Under the pieces are notes generated by a model. That model saw only the letters and a list, made by a program, of their open reading frames with translations, was not told the origin of the DNA and did not search any database. Positions 1-8,064 of a stretch of 32,000 nucleotides of DNA are shown here, piece by piece (position 1 is the first letter of the stretch; the number at the start of each line of letters is the position of its first letter). A program made the translations under genes and the position numbers. The DNA comes from Halogeometricum borinquense DSM 11551 (GTDB lineage Archaea > Halobacteriota > Halobacteria > Halobacteriales > Haloferacaceae): assembly GCF_000172995.2 (NCBI RefSeq), contig NC_014729.1, positions 2,010,001 through 2,042,000 of the forward strand, in the 5' to 3' direction.

Positions 1-838
1 CTTCGAGCGCCGAGTCACGCTGGACCAACACCTCGGCCACCTCGAAGTCGTCACCGATTTCGATAGCGCCGTCGATGTCGGCGGCGATGGGCGAGGCGGC
101 TTTCCGAGCCAGACTCTCCCCGAGAATACGGCGGGGAGAGACCACCTCGTCAGCACCGGCGTATTTGTGATAGTCCGACAACGTCCCATCCTCGATGAGG
201 CTGATGACGTGCAGATCAGGGGCCGCCTGCTTCGCAGAGAGGATGATCGAAGCGTTCGTCTCGTCGTCGTCGTCAGCGACGAGTGCCATCGCGTCCTCGG
301 CGTTTGCGGCCTCCAGCGTGTCCACCGATTCAGGATTGCCGTGGACCACCTCATACTCCTCGGCGTAGAGACGTTGGGCCGTCTCCCTATCCTCGTCAAC
401 GACGACGTACGGCACGCCACGCGACTCCAGTTCCTCGACCAGCGTATCGCCCCGCGAGGTGAACGAGCAGATGATGACGTGATCCGTCTGTTCTGTCGTC
501 GCCGGTGGTGCGGTCCGTAACGCCTCTTCGACTAACGGGACGAGAAACAGCGGAAGCGTCAGAAAGATGACTGTCACGCCCGACACCATCATCGGAATCG
601 TGATGAGTTTCATCGCGTCCGTCGTCCATCGCGCGGCGTCCTCACCGTACCCCGTCGTGGTGAACGTCTCCACGACCACGTGCAACGCATCGATATAGGA
701 AACGGAAGTCCCCTCAAACGTCGCCATCCCCCACTGATACAACGCAGCGTATCCGAGCATCAGGACGGCCACGCCGGAGAGATACAACACGAGGCGGCGC
801 TTCGCGCCGGACAGTGTCTCGGCAGGGCCATCGACCAT
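1..838 (-). CDS. Potassium channel protein with cytoplasmic RCK/TrkA-N-like domain (partial; C-terminus lies beyond window start)
   Basis: Own reverse translation from ATG (complement of 836-838): MVDGPAETLSGAKRRLVLYLSGVAVLMLGYAALYQWGMATFEGTSVSYIDALHVVVETFTTTGYGEDAARW...KLITIPMMVSGVTVIFLTLPLFLVP. Two TM helices flank a pore loop with the TTGYGE selectivity-filter signature. A Rossmann-like HVIICSFTSRGDTLVEELESRGVPYVVVDED follows. The frame is open to position 1. It is absent from the ORF track because no stop lies in the window. Confidence 0.8.
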   Translation of the reverse strand, partial: MVDGPAETLSGAKRRLVLYLSGVAVLMLGYAALYQWGMATFEGTSVSYIDALHVVVETFTTTGYGEDAARWTTDAMKLITIPMMVSGVTVIFLTLPLFLVPLVEEALRTAPPATTEQTDHVIICSFTSRGDTLVEELESRGVPYVVVDEDRETAQRLYAEEYEVVHGNPESVDTLEAANAEDAMALVADDDDETNASIILSAKQAAPDLHVISLIEDGTLSDYHKYAGADEVVSPRRILGESLARKAASPIAADIDGAIEIGDDFEVAEVLVQRDSALE

Positions 839-862
839 ATCCACCCGGTGGAACCCCGGGGG

Positions 863-870
863 CTAAAAGG
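863..870 (+). promoter_or_regulatory. TATA-like box (CTAAAAGG) about 25 nt upstream of ATG 891; implies a leaderless transcript
   Basis: The only AT-rich element in the 52-nt divergent spacer between the channel gene start (838) and the 891 gene. Confidence 0.35.
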
Positions 871-890
871 CCGCCGTCCGTCAGTGGCCC

Positions 891-1220
891 ATGAGCCGCC
901 GCCGTGACGCAATCGCCACGCTGGCCGTTCTGATCCCGACTCTCGCCACCGTGGTGGTCTGTAACTCCCCCGTGACTCCGTTCGCTGTCGGCGCTGGCGC
1001 GGCGGGCGCACTCGCCATCGAAGCGCTTCTATCGCTTCGTGCGACCCGCGTCCGGAGAGAATGGGAACGACCGGCCGTACAACTGGCGTCTGTCGCTGTC
1101 GGACTCGTCGTCGCTGCTGTCGGCGTCGCTGTTCTGGGACCGCTCGCCGCGACGGTCCTCGCCGCCGGACTCTGCACGTACCTCGGCTTCCTCGTGGCGC
1201 TGACGCTTCTCGGCCGGTGA
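891..1220 (+). CDS. Small hydrophobic membrane protein, unknown function (109 aa)
   Basis: ORF track. About three predicted hydrophobic helices (AIATLAVLIPTLATVVV, SVAVGLVVAAVGVAVLGPLAATVLAAGL, LGFLVALTLL). TATA-like box at appropriate spacing. No recognisable family. Confidence 0.55.
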   Translation: MSRRRDAIATLAVLIPTLATVVVCNSPVTPFAVGAGAAGALAIEALLSLRATRVRREWERPAVQLASVAVGLVVAAVGVAVLGPLAATVLAAGLCTYLGFLVALTLLGR

Positions 1221-1288
1221 GTTCCGACCGCAGTCTCGTCTGGCGACCACACGAGTGATCGCAGGCGGCGAAAACGAACAACCTGCAC

Positions 1289-1298
1289 AATATTTATT
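1289..1298 (+). promoter_or_regulatory. TATA box (AATATTTATT) about 29 nt upstream of ATG 1323
   Basis: Strong AT-rich box in otherwise GC-rich DNA. Spacing fits an archaeal leaderless mRNA. Confidence 0.45.
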
Positions 1299-1322
1299 CA
1301 CGATTGTCACTTTGGTACGACG

Positions 1323-3776
1323 ATGAATACCACACTCCGTGTCGTTGCAGCGACCACTTGTGCGACGCTTATCGTCGTCTCCGCTGTACTTGGTGGATCG
1401 TATCTCGGCCTTGCAGCACCGTTCTCCGGCGATGTGTACGAGAGCATCGCGCGGGGGCCGGTGACGGGAACCGAGCGGGTCGAGAATCCGTACGGCCGGG
1501 CGACAGTCCGCTACGACGAGTTCGGCGTCCCCCACGTCTCCGCAGCGAACGAGAAAGCGCTCTACTACGCCGTCGGGTACGTCCAAGCCCGCGATAGGCT
1601 GTTCCAGATGGACCTCCAGCGAAGACTCATCGGTGGCAACCTCTCGGCAGCGTTCGGCGAACGCGCGGTCGAGTCCGACCGGTTCTACCGCAAGATGGAC
1701 TTCCGGTCGGCCGCCGACGCGTCGTGGCGCGAACTCGAAGGCACCGAGGCCGGAGCGGGTCTCAAAGCGTACACTGCGGGTGTCAACCGCTACATCGACA
1801 CCGGGGCGCGACCCCCGGAGTTCGCCCTCCTCGGCTACGAACCGACGCGGTGGGAACCGGCTGACAGCCTCCTCATCGGCAAACTCATCGCGTGGCGACT
1901 CTCGGGGAACTTCGCCGACCTGCGCCGTGCGACGCTCAAGTCACGTCTCGGTCCCGAGGCGACGAGCGAACTGTACCCGGATTCGATGGCGCACGACACG
2001 CCCATCATCAGAAACGGCTCGGACGCCGCGTCGTTCGACCCGGCGGCCGTCGCAACGGATGCGTCGGCGGCGGGTGCAGATGGCGGGGAGACCGCAGGTG
2101 ACTTCGCGGCGCTCTACGACGCCGTCGAACCGTTCGAATCGAGATCGGGAGTCGGGTCGAACAACTGGGTGGTGTCCGGCGAGAACACTGCGAGCGGAAC
2201 GCCTATCCTCGCCAACGACCCGCACCTCTCGTTGAGTACGCCGGCCGTCTGGTACGAGATGCACACCACTGCGGGCGAATCGATGGATGCCCGTGGCGTC
2301 ACGTTCCCGGGCGTCCCGTTCGTCATCATCGGTCGCACGGCAGACGTGGCATGGGGTGTAACGAACGTCGGCGGTGACTTCACCGACGAGTACACGTACG
2401 AGACGCGCAACGGCCGCTATCTGTACGACGGCGAGTACCGCAAGTTCGAGACGACGACCGAGACGATTCCCGTCGCCGACGCGCCGGACGCGACTGTCGA
2501 GGTCAGAAAGTCCGTCCACGGTCCAGTTATCGAACGCGGCGGGCGCACCGTCGGCGTCGCATGGCCGGGGTTCTCGGCGACGAACGAGTCCGTCGGCGTC
2601 TATCGGCTCAACCACGCCGAAACGATGGCAGACGTGCGCGACGCCCTCCGAATCTGGGACGTGCCTGCGCAGAACTTCGTCGCGGCGACGCGTGCCGGAG
2701 AGACGCTGTACTACCCCGCCGGACAGTATCCGATCCGGGTGACCGACGGCGAAGTCGTCCGCGGCGACCGGATATTCAACGGCTCCGCGGGCGAGGGCGA
2801 GTGGCCGGGATACACGCCGTACGGTACCTCGTCGTGGTCCGGATTCGTCCCGTTCGAATCCATCCCACACGTTGACGACCCCGACGTTCTCGCCACGGCG
2901 AATCAGCGGACGACGGACGATCCGCCGTTCTACATGGGGACCAGTCTGACCTACTCGGAGCCGTACCGCGGCGCACGCATCTACGAGATGCTCGACGCCC
3001 GGACAGCCGACGGAGCGACACCCGAGGACATGCTGGCTGTGCAACGCGACGTGCGGTCGCAGGCCGCCGTCTCCTATGCCACTATCGCGCGAAACGCCTC
3101 CGCCGGTCTGTCACCGGACGCCCGCGAACTCGCGGCCGAGTTGGAAGAGTGGGACGGCGAGATGCGTGCGGATTCTCGGGGCGCACTCGTCACTCACCTC
3201 TTCCGCGAGGAGTTCGTCAATGCGACCTTCGCAGACGAGTTTAGCGCCGCCGGGTTGGACGCCGAATACTACCCCAATCCGTACGTGACGGCAGGGCTTG
3301 CTGCGGACTCACAGTGGTTCGACGACGGCCGGACGGATGCGACGGAGACGCGTGCTGACGTAGCACGTGTCGCCCTCGAACGGACAGCCGACCGAATCGA
3401 CAGACACGGATACGAGACGTACGGCGACGTAAACCGACTGGATCTGAACCACCCGTTCGACCGCGAGTTCCTCAACTGGCCGGAGCGTCCGATGAACGGG
3501 TCACAGTACACGGTGTCGAACTTCAGAAGCGGCGGCGACAACGTGGGGAGCAGTTGGCGGATGGTCGTCGCCTTCGGGGAGACGCCCGCCGAAGACACCG
3601 CGAAAGGAGTCATCCCCGGCGGACAGAGCGGCGTCTTCTGGTCGGACCACTACCACGATCAACTGGACGAGTGGGCGACGGGTGAGTACAAGCCGTTGAC
3701 GCTCGACTCGCCGTCGGGTGACCCGGACATCGTCTTCGAGTCGGATCTCTCCGGGTCGGGAGGTGTCTCAGCATGA
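1323..3776 (+). CDS. Penicillin acylase / acyl-homoserine-lactone acylase family Ntn hydrolase (peptidase S45), N-terminal membrane anchor or signal
   Basis: 817 aa. N-terminal hydrophobic segment VVAATTCATLIVVSAVLGG. Family-typical blocks: GVPHV..A....ALYYAVGYVQARDRLFQMD, the autoprocessing site GVG-SNNWVVSG (putative nucleophile Ser codon 2157-2159), and ANDPHL, NVGGDFTDEY, IPGGQSG. Confidence 0.9.
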   Translation: MNTTLRVVAATTCATLIVVSAVLGGSYLGLAAPFSGDVYESIARGPVTGTERVENPYGRATVRYDEFGVPHVSAANEKALYYAVGYVQARDRLFQMDLQRRLIGGNLSAAFGERAVESDRFYRKMDFRSAADASWRELEGTEAGAGLKAYTAGVNRYIDTGARPPEFALLGYEPTRWEPADSLLIGKLIAWRLSGNFADLRRATLKSRLGPEATSELYPDSMAHDTPIIRNGSDAASFDPAAVATDASAAGADGGETAGDFAALYDAVEPFESRSGVGSNNWVVSGENTASGTPILANDPHLSLSTPAVWYEMHTTAGESMDARGVTFPGVPFVIIGRTADVAWGVTNVGGDFTDEYTYETRNGRYLYDGEYRKFETTTETIPVADAPDATVEVRKSVHGPVIERGGRTVGVAWPGFSATNESVGVYRLNHAETMADVRDALRIWDVPAQNFVAATRAGETLYYPAGQYPIRVTDGEVVRGDRIFNGSAGEGEWPGYTPYGTSSWSGFVPFESIPHVDDPDVLATANQRTTDDPPFYMGTSLTYSEPYRGARIYEMLDARTADGATPEDMLAVQRDVRSQAAVSYATIARNASAGLSPDARELAAELEEWDGEMRADSRGALVTHLFREEFVNATFADEFSAAGLDAEYYPNPYVTAGLAADSQWFDDGRTDATETRADVARVALERTADRIDRHGYETYGDVNRLDLNHPFDREFLNWPERPMNGSQYTVSNFRSGGDNVGSSWRMVVAFGETPAEDTAKGVIPGGQSGVFWSDHYHDQLDEWATGEYKPLTLDSPSGDPDIVFESDLSGSGGVSA

Positions 3777-4093
3777 AAGCAGCCGTCAGGACAGGTCGCT
3801 ACGGGGACGCCGCACTGCTCGCAGCGTTCGCTATCGGTCTCGCCGTGAGTTCGGTCCACTGGGTCGGTATCGTCGTCGCGGGTGTCCTCGTCGGACTCGC
3901 CGCCTCGTCGGTTCGACGCGCGTTCGTTCTCGGCCTGACGTTCGCGGGCCTCCTCGTCGCCGCCTTCGCGGGATGGATGGTGTGGAACGGCGCGTTCGGC
4001 GCGTGGGTCGGCGCAGGACCGATTCCGCTTCTCACAGCGGTCACGTCGTTGCTTGCGCCCGTCGCCGCCGTCGGGGCGCGCGTTCTCGGTTGA
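3773..4093 (+). CDS. Small integral membrane protein (106 aa), translationally coupled to the acylase gene
   Basis: The ATG overlaps the acylase stop as ATGA (3773-3776). About four hydrophobic helices. No recognisable family. Confidence 0.6.
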   Translation: MKAAVRTGRYGDAALLAAFAIGLAVSSVHWVGIVVAGVLVGLAASSVRRAFVLGLTFAGLLVAAFAGWMVWNGAFGAWVGAGPIPLLTAVTSLLAPVAAVGARVLG

Positions 4094-4104
4094 GGCGGCG
4101 GCGC

Positions 4105-4866
4105 TCACGCGGAGCGGTCGTCTTCCGCCTCCGAGTTCTCCTCGGCGTAGTTTCCGAGCGACAGCGACCAGTCGTACCCCCGGTACCGAAGTTTCGGTGC
4201 TGCGCCGTCCGGTATCTGCCCGTATTGCCGGAGTATCCGCCGAATACCCCGCCCGCCGCCGAAGTCACCACGATACCAGAGAAACAGGCGGGGAACGGTG
4301 ACAGTTCCGGCCGACCGGTCGTACACGACTTCGGAGTCGAGATAGTCCTCTGTTATCCAGTCGAGGTCCGCATCGAGCGTTTCAGGGTCGTAGACAGCGA
4401 CGGGAGGACAACTTGCCGCACCGCAGTTAAGCGCAAAGTGGATGCGGAAATCGCGCTCATCCACGCGGGCCGCCCGTTCGAACGCATTCGGGAACGGGCG
4501 CGGGAGGTAGCCGAGTCCCCACGAGAGCATCGATCGGCGCAGGATGCCGTGTTCGATGTCGTTGAGACTGAGGAGTTGCCCCGCCACGGGAACCTTCGCG
4601 CGCCGGAAGAAGCGAGTTCGGTCGAAAGACTCCGGGTCGTCACTGAGGCAGTCCTGCACGAACGCGTTATAGACGTTCAACCAGAACGCGATCCGCCGCG
4701 CGTCGTCTGAGAGACGGCGTGTGAGCGTGGTCGGATCGAGAGCCGAGAGCCGCTCGCGCGCATCGACAGTCGCCCCGCCAGTATCGGTTCGCACCGCGCG
4801 AAGATACTGTGCGGCGAGGGCAACTGGATCCGCGTCGGCAGTAGCCGACGGGAGTGAAACGGGCAC
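4105..4866 (-). CDS. DUF547 domain protein
   Basis: 253 aa with blocks characteristic of DUF547 as I recall it: FWLNVYNAFVQ, LSLNDIEHGILR, IHFALNCGAASCPPV. Confidence 0.8.
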   Translation of the reverse strand: MPVSLPSATADADPVALAAQYLRAVRTDTGGATVDARERLSALDPTTLTRRLSDDARRIAFWLNVYNAFVQDCLSDDPESFDRTRFFRRAKVPVAGQLLSLNDIEHGILRRSMLSWGLGYLPRPFPNAFERAARVDERDFRIHFALNCGAASCPPVAVYDPETLDADLDWITEDYLDSEVVYDRSAGTVTVPRLFLWYRGDFGGGRGIRRILRQYGQIPDGAAPKLRYRGYDWSLSLGNYAEENSEAEDDRSA

Positions 4867-5031
4867 GCGCGCTGGTTAGTCACCCCGGCGATTAAACTGT
4901 CCGCGCCCGTGTACGTCTGACGCACGTCACCCGTTATCGGCCGTTTATGAATTTAATCTGACCGTTTGAACGCCGAAACAGGGCGAATCCTCCGGAAAGT
5001 ATTTGATCCGGATTCAGTGATATAGCGGCAA

Positions 5032-7212
5032 ATGGATAGCCAGACTATCGACGCGGTATCTGAGTGGGACTCCGTCCCAGTCGAGTCGGGGTATGAGGGA
5101 CTCCACCGACTCGCCGACGACGGATTCTCTGGGGCCGTCTCGACGGGGATGACGTGGGCATTCGTCCTCAACGGACGGTTTACTGGTGTCTTCGAGGGAG
5201 ACATCGAGGACTTCGAAGACGCGGAGTTGACTGCGTATCGCGCACCAGACCCCGCGCTTCCCCTCCTTTTCACCATGCGAGAGATTGGGGGCGAGACGCG
5301 CGCGAGCTACTACACGAATAAGACGCCGTTGTCCGAGGCGGACTCGACGCTCTCCGCGGGTGGGTTCACCGGCTACGTCGAACTGTCGGAGAACGTTCTT
5401 TCGGGGGACTACTATGTCGTCTACTACGGCGGCAAGTCGATGAGTGCGGCGTTCGTCGGCAGTAGCGAACGACTTCTCACCGGCGACGAAGCGTTCGAGC
5501 GAGCCAACGACGAGGTAGGTATCTACGAGGTCAAAGAAGTAGATGTCTCCATCGTCGAGTTGCCCGAAATCGAAACGGACGACGAACCCGAGGCATCCGC
5601 GGCGGCGACGGAAACGTCTGCGGAGGCACCCGACGAGACGCCGACGGAACCGTCCGAGGAAGCGTCCGAAGCGTCGGCCGCGGAAGTAGAATCCTCCAGC
5701 GAGCCGTCGTCCACCGATTCAACTGCCGCCGATGCGGCCGAGGCAGCGTCCGAAGCCGAGTCTGCGCAGTCCGAACGCGCGGCGGACGACTCCTCGAAAC
5801 CCGAGTCGGAAACTGCTGAACCAGCCGACACCGAAGGAGACGAGACTGAACCGCCCGAGGCCGACCCGGCAACGACGACGGAGCCGAAACAGGACGCGGG
5901 AGCGCCGGACGGTCAGACCGCGGAACCGACCGCGGCAGCCGCCGATCAGTCCGCCTCGGCTGATCAGTCCGCAGCGGAAAGCCCTGACGCGCTCGCGGAC
6001 CCCCAAGCGGGAGACGGTGACGACCCCTTCTCCGCCGAGGAGAAATGGCGTGAGGCACGTTCGATTCCGTCCTTAGACCCCAGCGAGTCGAGTACGAAAA
6101 ACGGGGAAGCGAACGGAAGCGTGAAGGGAGGTCAAAAGCAGAAAGAGCGTCCGTCGAAACGCCAGCGGAAACAACAGCGTCAGGAGGCCCGCCAACGCCG
6201 CCGCAAAGAAGAACAGCAAGCGAAGCGCCGCCGTGAGGCGGCCGCCGCCGCGGCCGCGGAGTCGGCGGAGGAAACGGGCGAATCCGCCGAAGCCATCGCC
6301 AAACTGAAAGACAAACTCGAGGAAGCTGAGGAGCGCCGAGAGAAACTCGCCGAAGAACGCGACGAACTCGAAGTCGAACGCGACGAGTATCGCCAACGCG
6401 CCGAGGAACTCAACGCACGCGTCGAGGAACTCGAATCCGAAGTCGAACGTCTCAAAACGGAGTTGGAGGCGTCAAACGGCGGGTTTGTCGCCGAAGAGTC
6501 GTTGCCGCCGGAGAAAGCGCTCTCGGGGACGAATCTGTTCGTTCGCTACCAGCGCAAAGGGCAAGCGACGCTCGAACACGCCCGCGACGGCGAGGCATCG
6601 CGTCAAGAGGTTATCGACAACCTCCGTCTCGAACACCACACGACGTTCGACACCGGTGGTCTCGCTGTGGATGGTGTGCCGTACGAGGAGTTCCTCCACG
6701 AGAGTACGGAGTACGCCTTCGCAAAGTGGGTCGTTACCGACCTCCTGTACGAAATCGGTGAGACGGGTAACCGGAGTACGCTCGCAGACCTGTTTGACGC
6801 GCTCCCGAGCGTTGACCGCATCGAACTCCACGGCGTCGTCGGCTTCGAGACCAACGAAGGTGTTGACGAACGCGAGTTCGACGTCATCTTCCGCGACCAG
6901 ATGGGCGACCCGCTGTTTGTCGCCGACATGAACACCTCGCGTAACGCCGCGACGCAGGCGATGGTCTCCTCGCTTGTGAACAATGCCCGTTCGGTGGCCG
7001 AAAGCGACGACGCGCTGGCGACGGCATTCTACGTCACCGAGTCGTTCTTCGAACCCGAAGCGCTAGAGTCCGTCGCAGAAGAGACGAGCGGTGGGTTCCT
7101 CTCACGGTCGAAGAAGAAGTCGTTCGTGAAGCTCTCGCGTAAGCAGGGGTACCACGTCTGTCTCGTCGAGGCGCGGAACAACGAGTTCCACGTCAACGTC
7201 CCCGACCTCTAA
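5032..7212 (+). CDS. Large acidic multi-domain protein of unknown function: duplicated N-terminal module, long acidic low-complexity linker, basic patch, coiled coil, globular C-terminal domain
   Basis: 726-aa ORF. N-terminal region has two similar modules (GFSGAVSTG..AFVLNGRFTGVFEG and GFTGYVELSE..YYVVYYGGKSMSAAFVG). Codons about 176-345 are dominated by E/D/A/S/T/P. Basic stretch KRQRKQQRQEARQRRRKEEQQAKRRRE. Heptad-like KLKDKLEEAEERREKLAEERDELEVERDEYRQRAEELNARVEELESEVERLKTELE. C-terminal roughly 240 aa are globular. AT-rich box about 25-30 nt upstream of the ATG. Confidence 0.85.
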   Translation: MDSQTIDAVSEWDSVPVESGYEGLHRLADDGFSGAVSTGMTWAFVLNGRFTGVFEGDIEDFEDAELTAYRAPDPALPLLFTMREIGGETRASYYTNKTPLSEADSTLSAGGFTGYVELSENVLSGDYYVVYYGGKSMSAAFVGSSERLLTGDEAFERANDEVGIYEVKEVDVSIVELPEIETDDEPEASAAATETSAEAPDETPTEPSEEASEASAAEVESSSEPSSTDSTAADAAEAASEAESAQSERAADDSSKPESETAEPADTEGDETEPPEADPATTTEPKQDAGAPDGQTAEPTAAAADQSASADQSAAESPDALADPQAGDGDDPFSAEEKWREARSIPSLDPSESSTKNGEANGSVKGGQKQKERPSKRQRKQQRQEARQRRRKEEQQAKRRREAAAAAAAESAEETGESAEAIAKLKDKLEEAEERREKLAEERDELEVERDEYRQRAEELNARVEELESEVERLKTELEASNGGFVAEESLPPEKALSGTNLFVRYQRKGQATLEHARDGEASRQEVIDNLRLEHHTTFDTGGLAVDGVPYEEFLHESTEYAFAKWVVTDLLYEIGETGNRSTLADLFDALPSVDRIELHGVVGFETNEGVDEREFDVIFRDQMGDPLFVADMNTSRNAATQAMVSSLVNNARSVAESDDALATAFYVTESFFEPEALESVAEETSGGFLSRSKKKSFVKLSRKQGYHVCLVEARNNEFHVNVPDL

Positions 7213-7518
7213 CGCGGTCGGTTTTGCGGCATGGTGAACGCCGCTGTGTTCTCTCGTAGCGTCTGCACGTCTTCGCTCACGTACCGCACGAGGTCGTGCG
7301 GTCGGATGTGTAACCGGTTGCGGACGCTACGATAGCCGTCGAGGGATGTCTCTCAGTTCAGAGAACAGTGAGGAGGGTCGCCGCGTGGTCAGTCCGGGGC
7401 CCGCGTTGTGTGCGCGATGGTACGCGGAGCGGACGTCGAAGAGAGATACCGACGTAGCTACACGCTCTGCGCAGTCCACGCGGGCTGTAGTTCGGGTCGG
7501 GACCAGCGGGCGAGTGTC

Positions 7519-7824
7519 TTAGTTTTCGACTTCGGCCGCTTCTTCGATCTTCATCGACTCAAGCTTGTCAACGATTTCGTCGAGCTTCTCGTCGAGTTCA
7601 TCGACGAACTCGGCGGTTCGCTCGGTCGTAATCGCACCCTGGCTCGAAGGCTCGATGAGGTTTTCTTCTTCAAGAACGCGGAGAGAGTAGCGGACTTTGT
7701 GGTGTGGGTAGCCAGTCTCGTTGGACATCTTCACGATTCCGATCGGTTCGCTTTCGATGACCATTTTGAGCACCTGAAGGTGCCGCTCCAGCATATCCAC
7801 TTCCTTCTCAAGTCGGTCTATCAT
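7519..7824 (-). CDS. Small winged-helix transcriptional regulator (about 100 aa, archaeal COG3388-like) with acidic helical tail
   Basis: MIDRLEKEVDMLERHLQVLKMVIESEPIGIVKMSNETGYPHHKVRYSLRVLEEENLIEPS has an HTH/wing pattern. The C-terminus is a helical acidic tail. Confidence 0.8.
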   Translation of the reverse strand: MIDRLEKEVDMLERHLQVLKMVIESEPIGIVKMSNETGYPHHKVRYSLRVLEEENLIEPSSQGAITTERTAEFVDELDEKLDEIVDKLESMKIEEAAEVEN

Positions 7825-7849
7825 GCCATTTGTTAACTCGTCTTTGCAG

Positions 7850-7859
7850 CCTTTAAAGG
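7850..7859 (-). promoter_or_regulatory. Palindromic TATA-like box CCTTTAAAGG about 30 nt upstream of the regulator start (7824)
   Basis: AT-rich element at leaderless spacing on the minus strand. Confidence 0.4.
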
Positions 7860-7997
7860 TTACTCTCTGTCTGTCTCATTCGAGTAAAAATTGAGTAGCT
7901 TGGATTTTGCCACACATGCTGATAACCGTTTTGGGTGCGAGTACGCGGCTGGATGCACGTCAGTGGGTAGCAATTCGTTTTACAGACACAACTAATA

Positions 7998-8024
7998 CAC
8001 GAACTTGGATATATAACGTTCGTG
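7998..8024. promoter_or_regulatory. 7-bp inverted repeat CACGAAC-N13-GTTCGTG bracketing the TATA-like GGATATATAAC upstream of purA
   Basis: Read directly from the sequence. The arms are perfect reverse complements and the spacer contains the only strong TATA element upstream of purA. Confidence 0.4.
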
Positions 8025-8064
8025 GACCGTAATCGGTTTGTGGGATGGACAAGAACCGCCGAGT

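Noticed and set aside
3718-4710. 330-aa plus-strand ORF overlapping the DUF547 gene and the small membrane gene
   Set aside because: It has an extremely Arg/Pro/Gly-rich, basic composition and no motifs. It lies antisense or out of frame to well-supported genes. This is a typical high-GC shadow ORF.
5557-6066. Possible tandem DNA repeat or CRISPR-like periodicity in the acidic region of the 726-aa gene (for example GATCAGTCCGC twice at about 5943-5972)
   Set aside because: There are only short imperfect reiterations that reflect a compositionally biased acidic linker in frame. There is no regular repeat-spacer structure and the region is clearly coding.
7345-7521. 58-aa plus-strand ORF (MSLSSENSEEGRRVVSPGPALCARWYAERTSKRD...) in the long convergent gap
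   Set aside because: It has basic, low-complexity composition and no promoter-like box at suitable spacing. Its end overlaps the regulator gene's stop region. It is judged non-coding.
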